A stretch of DNA of 64,000 nucleotides, taken from assembly GCA_017461545.1 (NCBI GenBank), contig JAFTXP010000014.1, forward strand, positions 121,006 through 185,005, written 5' to 3'. Origin of the DNA: Clostridia bacterium (lineage in GTDB: Bacteria; Bacillota; Clostridia; UBA1212). The translations under genes were made by a program, and so were the position numbers. The notes beneath the pieces were generated by a model, which was not told the DNA's origin, made no database searches, and saw only the letters and a list, made by a program, of their open reading frames with translations. Position 1 is the first letter of the stretch. Every line of letters begins with the position of its first letter. Below, in pieces: positions 18,072 through 27,433 of the stretch.

Positions 18072-18905
18072 TCAGAAACTAAATCTTGCCGTGAGCGGAT
18101 AGTCACGTTCAGGCATTACAAACGTATAATCAGCTGCATCAGTGATAAAATCATCACCTATATACCATCCGTCAAAAGAACACCCTTTATATGCTACAGC
18201 AGAAATAGAAACATAATCGCCTGCTTCATACCAACCTTTATTTATATTTGTCGCCCCGTAAATACCTTGATTAATATAAACATAGCCTCCGCCCATTTCA
18301 ACGTTCAAAGTTAATACATAATAATCCTCAGGTCCCTCTGTAATGACAGGAGCCTGTGTCACAGTGGGAACAGGAGCAGAAGTCTGTGATTGGTTATCAG
18401 TCGGAACTGCAGTTGCGGTCGGTTTAGCTGTTGCAGTCGGTTTAGCTGTTGCAGCTGAAGTCTGAGCAGAAGACATTGGTACATTAGATGTCTGACCCGA
18501 TGTTGCTGTCGCCTGACCTGATGTTGCAGCGGAATTCGCTGAAGATGTTTTGTTGGGAGAAGAAGCTGCTACAGTACTTGTAGGCACAGGTTGAGTCTCT
18601 CCTCCTGTTGTGCTGTCAGGTGGCGAAGCAGTATTCAGGGGATTTTCTGAAATTTCCGGTATTATATCTATATTTACCTCACCATTTCCCGTAGCATCAG
18701 CAGTACCGGGTTCTTCCGAGGCCCCCAAATCCGATGTTTCATTATTCAAAATTACTTCCGTCCCGGCAAGATTAGCAGAAATGCTCGGGATATATGTTTC
18801 TTTATTCCGGTATGATCCGCTGCTTTCAGTTTCTGTATTTTTATTACATCCTGCAAAATAACTTAAAACAGCGGCTATGAGTAAAATAATAAATACTTTT
18901 TTCAT
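18072..18905 (-). CDS. Lipoprotein with Thr/Ser/Ala/Pro-rich low-complexity linker and tandem TAKPTA repeats
   Basis: Signal peptide plus lipobox (LSYFAGC). A repeated 21-bp DNA unit lies at about 18410-18455. The C-terminal domain is globular. Confidence 0.5.
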   Translation of the reverse strand: MKKVFIILLIAAVLSYFAGCNKNTETESSGSYRNKETYIPSISANLAGTEVILNNETSDLGASEEPGTADATGNGEVNIDIIPEISENPLNTASPPDSTTGGETQPVPTSTVAASSPNKTSSANSAATSGQATATSGQTSNVPMSSAQTSAATAKPTATAKPTATAVPTDNQSQTSAPVPTVTQAPVITEGPEDYYVLTLNVEMGGGYVYINQGIYGATNINKGWYEAGDYVSISAVAYKGCSFDGWYIGDDFITDAADYTFVMPERDYPLTARFSF

Positions 18906-18984
18906 ACAATCACTTTCTCCGCAATGTATTTCGTTTTTTATAATAACATACTACTGCTTTGCAATCAAATATCAGACAAAAACA

Positions 18985-19013
18985 CAACCGTACAAATTTA
19001 TTTTGTACGGCTG
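18985..19013 (-). terminator. Intrinsic terminator downstream of hydA
   Basis: ccgtacaaa/tttgtacgg stem followed by a T-rich tract (ttgtgtttttgtc) on the minus strand. Confidence 0.55.
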
Positions 19014-19036
19014 TGTGCAAAAGATTAAGATCAATA

Positions 19037-20782
19037 TTAATAATTATCTCTCTTGTAATAATGAGTGTGAAGCTCATGATGTGCCTTTTCGCTTCCGGGC
19101 TTTCCGTAATATTCATCGTACAACGCTTTTACAAAAGGATTGTCATGTGACTTACGGATAGGAAGATCGCAATCCTCCTGATATGCTGCAGCAGCTCTTA
19201 CTGCGCGGAGATCTGTCCAGCTTCTTATGGAAGAAGGCTGAATAATCTGACCGCCGCCGTTTACGCAACCGCCGGGACAAGCCATGATTTCTATAAAGTC
19301 ATAATTTGCCTCACCTGCACGTATAGCGTCAAGAAGCTTTCTGGCATTTCCAAGACCGCTTGCAACTGCAACACGAATATCTTTACCTGCAATATTTACA
19401 GTAGCCTCTTTTATACCCTCGACGCCTCTTACTGCATGATACTCGATCTTGTCAGCAGGAGCCGATTCTCCTGTGAGAACATCAGCAACAGTTCTGAGAG
19501 CAGCTTCCATTACACCGCCTGTAGCGCCGAAAATAACGCCTGCACCTGATGCATTTCCGAGCGGATTATCAAAGTCTGAATCAGCAAGATTCGGAAGATC
19601 GATACCTGACTCTTTAATCATTTGTGAAAGTTCTCTCGTTGTGAGAACAGCATCAACATCGCAAAGTCCATTTACTTTCATCTCGCTGCGCTTTGACTCA
19701 TATTTTTTAGCTGTACAAGGCATAACAGAAACAACATAGATGCTTTCAGGGTCAATACCCATCTTCTGCGCATAGTAAGTTTTAAGAACTGCTCCAAGCA
19801 TCTGATGAGGAGACTTACAAGAAGAAAGATTATCAAGGAAGTCAGGATAATTATGCTCACAGAATTTTATCCAACCTGGACTACAGGATGTGATCATCGG
19901 AAGTTTTCCGCCGTTTTTGATACGCTCAAGGAGCTCTGTGCCTTCTTCCATAATCGTAAGGTCGGCGCCTGTATTTGTATCGAAAACTTTATCAGCACCG
20001 AGCATGCGGATAGCTGTTACCATTTTGCCTGTGGGTCTTGATCCGATAGGCATTCCGAAAGCTTCGCCGATAGATACTCTTACAGCAGGAGCTGTCTGGA
20101 AAATCACATGTTTGTCAGGATCTGCAATTGCTGCCCATACATCATCGATAGCACTCTTCTCTGTCAATGCACCTACGGGACATACTGCAATACACTGTCC
20201 GCAAGCTACGCAAGGTGTCTGTACAAGAGCTTTGTCAAATGCACAGCCTACAACCGTACGGAAACCTCTTTCCATTGTATCAATAACGCTCACAGTCTGT
20301 ACATTTTTACACATACTTACACATCTTCTGCAAAGAATACATTTGTTCGGGTTACGTACAATCGAAGGCGACATGTCATCAATCGGCATCGGAGCCTTGT
20401 CCGAAAGCGACGGGAATCTGATTTCTTTTATATTTAATTCTTTAGAAAGTGTCTGAAGCTCACAGTTTTCTGAACGGGGACATGTGAGACAACTGCGATC
20501 ATGGTTTGAAAGAATAAGCTCCAAAGTTACCTTTCTTGCCTTTCTTACTTTTTCACTGTTTGTGAGAACCTCGAGACCTTCGGCAACGGGATAAACACAC
20601 GCAGCCTGGAGTGCACGTGCACCCTTTATTTCTACAACACACATACGGCAAGCGCCGATTTCATTTATATCTTTCAAGAAACACAATGTAGGAATTTTAA
20701 TATTAGCGCGCTTAGCGGCTTCTAAAATTGTTATTCCTTCCTCAACCTGAAGTGCAATACCATCAATTTTTATATTAACCAT
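19037..20782 (-). CDS. hydA: [FeFe]-hydrogenase catalytic subunit HydA (NuoG-like N-terminus plus H-cluster domain)
   Basis: N-terminal 2Fe-2S and 4Fe-4S ferredoxin motifs. H-cluster motifs MPCTAKKYE and EIMACPGGCVNGGGQ. The L1 motif reads TSCSPGW. Start is ATG (MVNIKIDG) with GAGGTG RBS. Confidence 0.85.
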   Translation of the reverse strand: MVNIKIDGIALQVEEGITILEAAKRANIKIPTLCFLKDINEIGACRMCVVEIKGARALQAACVYPVAEGLEVLTNSEKVRKARKVTLELILSNHDRSCLTCPRSENCELQTLSKELNIKEIRFPSLSDKAPMPIDDMSPSIVRNPNKCILCRRCVSMCKNVQTVSVIDTMERGFRTVVGCAFDKALVQTPCVACGQCIAVCPVGALTEKSAIDDVWAAIADPDKHVIFQTAPAVRVSIGEAFGMPIGSRPTGKMVTAIRMLGADKVFDTNTGADLTIMEEGTELLERIKNGGKLPMITSCSPGWIKFCEHNYPDFLDNLSSCKSPHQMLGAVLKTYYAQKMGIDPESIYVVSVMPCTAKKYESKRSEMKVNGLCDVDAVLTTRELSQMIKESGIDLPNLADSDFDNPLGNASGAGVIFGATGGVMEAALRTVADVLTGESAPADKIEYHAVRGVEGIKEATVNIAGKDIRVAVASGLGNARKLLDAIRAGEANYDFIEIMACPGGCVNGGGQIIQPSSIRSWTDLRAVRAAAAYQEDCDLPIRKSHDNPFVKALYDEYYGKPGSEKAHHELHTHYYKRDNY

Positions 20783-20795
20783 TGTTATACACCTC

Positions 20796-22721
20796 TCATT
20801 CCTTAACAATCGCATTAAACTTACAGCCTTCCATACAAGCGCCGCACTTTAAGCACTTAGCTTGATTTATAGCCATAGATGCAAGTTTATGACCGTCCGG
20901 AATATGCTCTGTTCTGACAATAGCGTCAGCAGGACACATTCTCGCACATTTACCGCAGCCGATACATTTATCTTCAATAATGTTGTAATGCATAAATGCC
21001 TTACATACACCGGCAGGACATTTCTTATCAACAACGTGAGCAATATACTCATCCTTAAAATATCTGAGTGTACTGAGAACCGGGTTCGGAGCTGTCTGTC
21101 CAAGACCGCAAAGTGCCGAATTTTTAATAGCATCTGCAAGCTCGTACAAATCGTCAATATCCGAAAGCTCACCGCGGCCGCTTGTGATTTTTTCGAGGAT
21201 GTCATACATTCTCTTTGTACCGATACGGCACGGAGGACATTTGCCGCAAGATTCTTCAACAGTAAATTCGAGGAAGAATTTAGCTATGTCAACCATACAT
21301 GTATCTTCGTCCATTACGATAAGTCCACCTGAACCCATCATGGAACCGATTTCTATAAGAGTATCGTACTCGATAGGAGTATCAATCAATGACGCGGGAA
21401 TACATCCGCCTGAAGGACCGCCTGTCTGAGCTGCCTTGAATTTCTTTCCGTTAGGGATACCGCCGCCGATGTCATATACAACTTCACGGAGTGTCGTTCC
21501 CATAGGAATTTCAACAAGTCCTGTATTTTTGATCTTACCGCCTACGGCAAAAACTTTTGTTCCTCTGCTCTTTTCAGTACCCATAGTTGTAAACCAATCG
21601 GCACCCTTTAGGATAATCTGAGGAATATTTGCGTAAGTCTCAACGTTGTTGAGAATTGTGGGCTTCATGAAAAGACCTTTTACTGCCGGGAACGGAGGTC
21701 TCGGTCTTGGTTCACCTCTGTGACCCTCGATACTTGTCATAAGGGCAGTTTCCTCACCGCATACAAATGCACCTGCACCGAGTCTGAGTTCAACTCTGAA
21801 GGAGAAATCAGTTCCGAAGAGATTGTCTCCGAGTACACCGTATTTTTCAGCCTGTTCAATAGCGATTTTCAATCTCTGAACCGCAATCGGATACTCAGCT
21901 CTTACATATATGTAACCCTGATCTGCGCCGATAGCGTAACCTGCAATGGCCATAGCCTCCAAAACAACGTGAGGATCACCTTCAAGAACACTTCTGTCCA
22001 TGAATGCACCCGGATCGCCCTCGTCGGCATTACAACAAACATATTTCTGATCCGAAACGCTTGATTTAGCAAAAGCCCATTTGCGTCCTGTCGGGAAACC
22101 TGCGCCGCCGCGGCCTCTGAGTCCTGATTTAAGAACTTCATCAATGACCTCGTCGGGAGTCATAGCAGTAACAGCCTTACCGAGAGCAAAATAACCGTCG
22201 TGAGCAATATACTCCTCGATGTTTTCGGGATTAATCCTACCGCAGTTGTGAAGAGCTACACGCTGCTGCTTCTTAAAGAAGTCGCTACCCTCCAAATCTT
22301 CTTCCGTAACTGTTTCGTCCTCAACCTTTTCCACACCTTCGAGTAATCTTTTAACGATTTTGCCGTTAACAAGATGCTCGGTAACAATCTCTGCTACATC
22401 CTCAGGTTTAACCTGACAGTACATAGCAGCTTCGGGATATACAACAACTATAGGACCCTCTGCACAAAGACCGAAACAACCTGTCTTTATAATTTTGACT
22501 TCATTTTCGATACCTGCTTTTTTTATCAATCTTTCAAACTCTTTTATAAGAGTTACGGAACCTGAAGAAGTACAACCTGTACCGGCACAGACCATTACGT
22601 GTGCTCTATAACCATCAGTTGTCTTACCGTCAGTGTTGCCTGTAGCCTCCTTGACATTACGAACATATATATCGCCAAGAGCTTTTTCTTTTATTGCCTT
22701 TAATTCTTCTAAAGACTTCAT
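20796..22721 (-). CDS. hydB: NADH-binding flavoprotein subunit HydB (NuoF-like) of a bifurcating-type hydrogenase
   Basis: 641 aa. GRGGAGFPTGRKW FMN/NADH site. N-terminal thioredoxin-like 2Fe-2S. Two C-terminal 4Fe-4S CxxCxxCxxxCP motifs. Confidence 0.85.
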   Translation of the reverse strand: MKSLEELKAIKEKALGDIYVRNVKEATGNTDGKTTDGYRAHVMVCAGTGCTSSGSVTLIKEFERLIKKAGIENEVKIIKTGCFGLCAEGPIVVVYPEAAMYCQVKPEDVAEIVTEHLVNGKIVKRLLEGVEKVEDETVTEEDLEGSDFFKKQQRVALHNCGRINPENIEEYIAHDGYFALGKAVTAMTPDEVIDEVLKSGLRGRGGAGFPTGRKWAFAKSSVSDQKYVCCNADEGDPGAFMDRSVLEGDPHVVLEAMAIAGYAIGADQGYIYVRAEYPIAVQRLKIAIEQAEKYGVLGDNLFGTDFSFRVELRLGAGAFVCGEETALMTSIEGHRGEPRPRPPFPAVKGLFMKPTILNNVETYANIPQIILKGADWFTTMGTEKSRGTKVFAVGGKIKNTGLVEIPMGTTLREVVYDIGGGIPNGKKFKAAQTGGPSGGCIPASLIDTPIEYDTLIEIGSMMGSGGLIVMDEDTCMVDIAKFFLEFTVEESCGKCPPCRIGTKRMYDILEKITSGRGELSDIDDLYELADAIKNSALCGLGQTAPNPVLSTLRYFKDEYIAHVVDKKCPAGVCKAFMHYNIIEDKCIGCGKCARMCPADAIVRTEHIPDGHKLASMAINQAKCLKCGACMEGCKFNAIVKE

Positions 22722-22756
22722 TTATGTAAACACCTCCGAAATACCGTTCTGTCAAA

Positions 22757-23239
22757 TTAGTCTTTATACTTAGCAAGAATGCCCGGAACATCATCCGGTC
22801 CTATTCTGCCGTATACATCATCATTTATAGTAAATACCGGAGCCAAACCGCATGCGCCGATACATCTGCATGCCTCGAGTGAGAACTTGCCGTCTGCAGT
22901 GCAATCTCCGACTTCAAGATGGAGTTCTTCTTTCAATTTATCAAGAAGCTTATCTGAACCTTTTACGTAGCACGCTGTTCCGAGACATACAGAAATTCTG
23001 TATTCGCCCTTCGGCTTAAGTGAGAATTGTGCATAAAAGGTTACAACTCCGTAAATTTCTGCAAGTGGAATATCAAGACCCTCAGATATCATCTTTTGAA
23101 CCTCAATCGGAAGATATCCGTATATATCCTGCGCTTCATGAAGAACATGAATCAAGGAACCCGGCTTGCTTTTGCTCTCTTCGATAATTGCGAGCAGTTT
23201 TGAGTGTTTTTCTTCTGTGTCAACAAAACCAATGCTCAT
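22757..23239 (-). CDS. hydC: NuoE-like 2Fe-2S subunit HydC
   Basis: CLGTACYVKGS...CRCIGACGLAPV thioredoxin-like 2Fe-2S. Start is ATG (MSIGFV) with GGAGGG RBS. Confidence 0.8.
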   Translation of the reverse strand: MSIGFVDTEEKHSKLLAIIEESKSKPGSLIHVLHEAQDIYGYLPIEVQKMISEGLDIPLAEIYGVVTFYAQFSLKPKGEYRISVCLGTACYVKGSDKLLDKLKEELHLEVGDCTADGKFSLEACRCIGACGLAPVFTINDDVYGRIGPDDVPGILAKYKD

Positions 23240-23286
23240 TATTATCACCCTCCGTTCAATATATTAAATTTTTTTGCATTTTAAAT

Positions 23287-23315
23287 ATTATATCACTATT
23301 AATTTACATAAACAA
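23287..23315 (-). promoter_or_regulatory. Candidate sigma-A promoter for the hydCBA operon
   Basis: Minus-strand TTGTTT-17 nt-TATAAT, about 45 nt upstream of the hydC start. Confidence 0.35.
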
Positions 23316-23359
23316 TCATAAATTATGCCAAAAAACTGTAAAACAACCGATAAACGAAA

Positions 23360-23389
23360 GCACCGCTGCGGCATATGCCGCAGCGGTGC
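23360..23389. terminator. Perfect 30-nt palindrome (bidirectional terminator-like) between the lipoprotein gene and the hyd operon
   Basis: gcaccgctgcggcat|atgccgcagcggtgc with T-rich tracts on both sides. Confidence 0.5.
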
Positions 23390-23417
23390 TTCTGATTTTT
23401 ATTACAATTTTGTATAT

Positions 23418-24803
23418 TTAATTAAAAACAACACCGGATGTTAAGGCATCCTCATAATAGTCGCCATAATCATCACTATAGTCATAATCGTAATCATAAT
23501 CATAAATGTAATAATCGTCATACGACTCATCGCTACCGGAGAAAAGACTCTCAATCTGTACAATAAATGACTCTAATGAAATACAATCAGATGCGCTGAT
23601 TTCAGAAATGTTTTCACTGCTTCTGTCAATAGACGTATTAGTTGAGAGAACAATTTTATTACCACTATCAGTTTTATCATAAACGGACAAAGAATTATTT
23701 ATATCAAAGAAACCACTATCAGTTTCATCAACAGTAAATTTCAACTCGTAATCCATACCTTTTTCACTAAAGAAATCTTCTAATTCTTTCTTTCCGTCAT
23801 TCCACTCATCATCCAAAGAAGAAAGGCTGTCAATCATTTCATTCTTATACTCATCTGTGAAAATTTCGTCTTTGTCATCTTCAGCATATGAATTTTTCAT
23901 TGCCTCAAATATCTCAGTAGCAAATAATGTGGAATGTTCAGATACAAGAGAAACTACAGCGTCACATAAAGCTACAATATCTTTATCTGTTATTTTCACT
24001 TCAATTGTGTTACCAGATGCAGTTACGACATTTATATCCTTTACCAGGTCTTGTGCACTTGCCAAAACATTCTTGTCTGCAGCAATGTCCTTAACAGCAT
24101 TTATGAACTCGTCAAGTTTCATACCTGTCACAGAATAGAACATTTCAGAAATATCAAAAGATTCTCCGGATAAATCATCTGAAGGCGTATCAACTACACC
24201 AATCAGCTCAATCAAAGAAGGAAGATTTATCTGAATATATTTCTTGTCATTATAAGCATCAGTAATACTATTTATCACATCGTCCATCTCAGCTTCGCCG
24301 GCAAGATCCGAAACAGTTTTAAGAATTGCAGTCAATTCTTCGGTCGGTATAAAAATGTCTTCTTTAATACAAATAATATCATCAATACCTATAATCTCTG
24401 TATCATTTCCACCGTAAACATTAAACCCAAATTTGCATTTTCCATCAGATGAAGTTAAAACAGACACCTTAAGAGATGCATCCATCTTATTATCTGACCA
24501 ACCGAATTTTGAGAATATTTCAGAATAATCCTCAGAAGTCACACCTTCTGAAGCCTCTACTGTTATTTTAACCTCAGCAGTAGTCAATGAACCCTCTGAA
24601 ATTTCTTTAGCAATATCTGCAAATTTTGTCAAAGCAATAGATTCACCTGTTCCGTTCTGTGTATCATCTGCTGCATCGCCTGATACATCTGAAGTTGACT
24701 CTTTTTCTTTGTCATCAGAGTCATCAACCTTATCTTCTCCGCATGCAGTAAATAAACTCATCACCATCACAAGTGAAAGTAAAAAACATAAAAACTTTTT
24801 CAT
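23418..24803 (-). CDS. Acidic lipoprotein with C-terminal Asp/Tyr-repeat tail
   Basis: Start MKKFLCFLLSLVMVMSLFTAC (lipobox) with AAGAGGTG RBS. Highly acidic. C-terminus DYYIYDYDYDYDYSDDYGDYYED. The track ORF is extended upstream without an RBS. Confidence 0.5.
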   Translation of the reverse strand: MKKFLCFLLSLVMVMSLFTACGEDKVDDSDDKEKESTSDVSGDAADDTQNGTGESIALTKFADIAKEISEGSLTTAEVKITVEASEGVTSEDYSEIFSKFGWSDNKMDASLKVSVLTSSDGKCKFGFNVYGGNDTEIIGIDDIICIKEDIFIPTEELTAILKTVSDLAGEAEMDDVINSITDAYNDKKYIQINLPSLIELIGVVDTPSDDLSGESFDISEMFYSVTGMKLDEFINAVKDIAADKNVLASAQDLVKDINVVTASGNTIEVKITDKDIVALCDAVVSLVSEHSTLFATEIFEAMKNSYAEDDKDEIFTDEYKNEMIDSLSSLDDEWNDGKKELEDFFSEKGMDYELKFTVDETDSGFFDINNSLSVYDKTDSGNKIVLSTNTSIDRSSENISEISASDCISLESFIVQIESLFSGSDESYDDYYIYDYDYDYDYSDDYGDYYEDALTSGVVFN

Positions 24804-24876
24804 GATTAACACCTCTTTTATTAATAAAAGCCAACTATACTTCATGTTACAGTCAGCTTTCAGAATCAGATATATT

Positions 24877-26016
24877 TTACATGCCGCTAAATAAACGGTC
24901 AAGTATATTTTCAATATCCTTCTCTTTCGGAACTCTCGGATTGCTCGTTGTACAAACATCCGCGAGAGCAGACTTTACTATAACAGGCTTTGCTTTTTCA
25001 AAAGCTTCACGTGACACACCTAACTCGACAAGAGTCGTCGGCAGCTTCATAAGTCTTAGCATTTCATTAATTTTCTTTATGAAACTCATAACACTCAAAC
25101 GTGTTCCTAAGGACTCATAACCTATTTTATTATACGCTATTGCGTACTTCTGAGCTGCAACTGATTTGTCCATTCCAAACGGCACATCAAGACATGAATT
25201 AAATGCAATGACATACGGAAGAACCATCGCATTAGCCGTACCGTGACTAATATGGAAATTTGCACCTAAGCCATGTGCAATACTGTGGGTTATGCCGAGA
25301 CCTGCATTATTAAAAGCAAGACCTGCAATATACGATGCCATGAGCATATTTTCACGGGCAGACAAATCACCGCCGTCCTTGTACGCCTTGTATAAGTTAT
25401 CAAAAGCAAGTACAAGACCTTTTTCTGCAAGTGAATCAGTTATAATATTTGATCCTGTAGATACATATGCTTCAAGAAGATGTGTTATTACATCCATACC
25501 TGTCGCGGCAGTGACTGCGGGGGGCACGCTCACCGTAAACTCCGCACACAAAACAGCAAGATCGGGAGCCATTTTTTTATCAACAATCGGATATTTTACA
25601 CCGTTTTCCTTATCGGAAATAACGGAGAAATCCGTAGCTTCTGAACCCGTACCGCTCGTAGTAGGAATTGCAACAAGCTCAATTTTTTTACCTGGATTAA
25701 CATCTGCGTCAACATATATTACAGCCTTCGCAGTATCTATTGCCGATCCGCCTCCGAAAGCAATGAAAACATCCGCATCGTGCTCTTTTGCAAACTTATA
25801 ACATGCGCCTACCTGTTCAATACTCGGGTCAGGTGCAATATTTGAATACACAAAACAGTTATTACCTTCAAGCTTACTAAGTACAGCATCGACTTTATGA
25901 TTTTCCGCTAAAAACGGATCTGTATATATTATTATATTTTTATTGTTATATCTTCTGAGTGCGTCAAGAGAATTTTCCCCGAAGCAAACATTCGACATAA
26001 TATTCAACTCAGTCAT
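24877..26016 (-). CDS. Iron-containing alcohol dehydrogenase (lactaldehyde reductase / propanol dehydrogenase-like)
   Basis: 379 aa. FGGGSAIDTAKAV and HSIAHGLGANFHISHGTANA Fe-ADH motifs. Sits beside the BMC locus regulator. Confidence 0.8.
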   Translation of the reverse strand: MTELNIMSNVCFGENSLDALRRYNNKNIIIYTDPFLAENHKVDAVLSKLEGNNCFVYSNIAPDPSIEQVGACYKFAKEHDADVFIAFGGGSAIDTAKAVIYVDADVNPGKKIELVAIPTTSGTGSEATDFSVISDKENGVKYPIVDKKMAPDLAVLCAEFTVSVPPAVTAATGMDVITHLLEAYVSTGSNIITDSLAEKGLVLAFDNLYKAYKDGGDLSARENMLMASYIAGLAFNNAGLGITHSIAHGLGANFHISHGTANAMVLPYVIAFNSCLDVPFGMDKSVAAQKYAIAYNKIGYESLGTRLSVMSFIKKINEMLRLMKLPTTLVELGVSREAFEKAKPVIVKSALADVCTTSNPRVPKEKDIENILDRLFSGM

Positions 26017-26061
26017 ATTATCAAAGTCTGCCTTCCGACTATATTTGTACTAATCTAAATC

Positions 26062-26820
26062 TCAATAAATCAATTCTACTTTTTCTTTTTCAAAAGTTTC
26101 AATCCATTTGTTTTCCGGTTTTCTGTCCGTAACTACAAGGTCAATATTCTTTAAGTCAGATATACCAACAAATGAAACAATGTCAAACTTTGAATGGTCT
26201 ACCGCCAAAATTTTTCTGTGAGCAGAAGCGATAATCGCCTTTTTTATCTCAGCATCATTTTCATTTGAATCAGTTAGACCGTTATCCACGCTGATACCTT
26301 TGCACGAGAATACAGCAAGATCAACATGATAATTATTTATGGTTCTTGTGGCCTGAAGACCAACAAGCGCAAGAGCACCCTCTTTAAGAGTGCCGCCTGT
26401 CGATATGACTTTCCAACTGTTTCTGTCGGAAACCTCACATATAATCTCGATTGAATTGGTTATTATCGTAATATTTTTCTTGGACTTTATATTTTGAGCA
26501 ACAAAAAGTGCAGTAGAACTTGCATCAAGCATTATATTGTCGCCGTCCTGAATCATATCAGCAATCAGTCCGGCAATATACTGCTTATCGGTAACATTTG
26601 ACCTTTTTCTTACCGCATAAGGAAGATCTACATTAAAACTTTCTTTAAGAACAGCACCGCCGTAAATCTTCTGCGCAAAACCTTCTCTTTCAAGTTTTTC
26701 AAGATCACGGCGTATTGTCTCTTCAGTAACATCAAAAATCTTTGCCAAATCAGAAACAATTACTTTTTTATCACGCTGAAGCTGCTCTAAAATCAGCTTT
26801 TTTCTTTCTATTGCAAGCAT
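26062..26820 (-). CDS. DeoR-family transcriptional regulator
   Basis: 252 aa. N-terminal HTH (VIVSDLAKIFDVTEETIRRDL) plus a DeoR C-terminal sugar-phosphate-binding domain. Confidence 0.8.
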   Translation of the reverse strand: MLAIERKKLILEQLQRDKKVIVSDLAKIFDVTEETIRRDLEKLEREGFAQKIYGGAVLKESFNVDLPYAVRKRSNVTDKQYIAGLIADMIQDGDNIMLDASSTALFVAQNIKSKKNITIITNSIEIICEVSDRNSWKVISTGGTLKEGALALVGLQATRTINNYHVDLAVFSCKGISVDNGLTDSNENDAEIKKAIIASAHRKILAVDHSKFDIVSFVGISDLKNIDLVVTDRKPENKWIETFEKEKVELIY

Positions 26821-26866
26821 TACAGAATCCTTTCAAAAACTAAAACAACAACACCTACTGACAATA

Positions 26867-27415
26867 TTAAAGGATTGTTTCCCAAAGTTTCTTGTCAGGA
26901 CTTGCAATAACAGAGCTGTCAAGGAACATTCCCATTCTGCCTGCCTCTGCTTCGGCTTTCTGTACTGCTGCTGTTACTGCAGATACGTCACCTGTCAGCA
27001 TAGCATATGACTTACCGCACATACCGCGTGCAAGTCTGAGCTCAACCAACTCAACATCTGCAGTCTTTGCTGCAGCATCTGCAGCCACTATGGCAGATGC
27101 AACAGAAAACGTTTCAACAACGCCGAGAGCTCTTGCATCTGTAATTTCTGCAGCACCGTAAATTGCTGCAAAAATAGATTCGTCGGGATTACCGAGAACA
27201 AAGCTGTCAATAAGCTGTGTTGTGTAACGTGTCTTTGCCGAGTCAACAGCAGCTCTTACAGCACTGAGGTCACCTGATATAAGCACAATATACTTACCGG
27301 GACATACCGGATGAGCTTCCAATACAGAAACCTCTGCAGTTTTTATCATTAAGTCAGCAGCGGAAACACCTGCTGCGACTGTTTTATATTCTACTAAACC
27401 TATTGCTTTACTCAT
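26867..27415 (-). CDS. pduT: Tandem-BMC-domain shell protein, PduT-like (BMC-T with putative Fe-S Cys)
   Basis: 182 aa, two BMC repeats, Cys at about position 38 (PVCPGKY) as in PduT. Confidence 0.7.
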   Translation of the reverse strand: MSKAIGLVEYKTVAAGVSAADLMIKTAEVSVLEAHPVCPGKYIVLISGDLSAVRAAVDSAKTRYTTQLIDSFVLGNPDESIFAAIYGAAEITDARALGVVETFSVASAIVAADAAAKTADVELVELRLARGMCGKSYAMLTGDVSAVTAAVQKAEAEAGRMGMFLDSSVIASPDKKLWETIL

Positions 27416-27433
27416 GAGAAGTACATCCTTTCA

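Noticed and set aside
18410-18455. CRISPR array or other interspersed repeat arrays
   Set aside because: No repeat-spacer periodicity exists anywhere in the window. The only tandem DNA repeats are short in-frame coding repeats in lipoprotein genes and the diverged shell-gene duplication.
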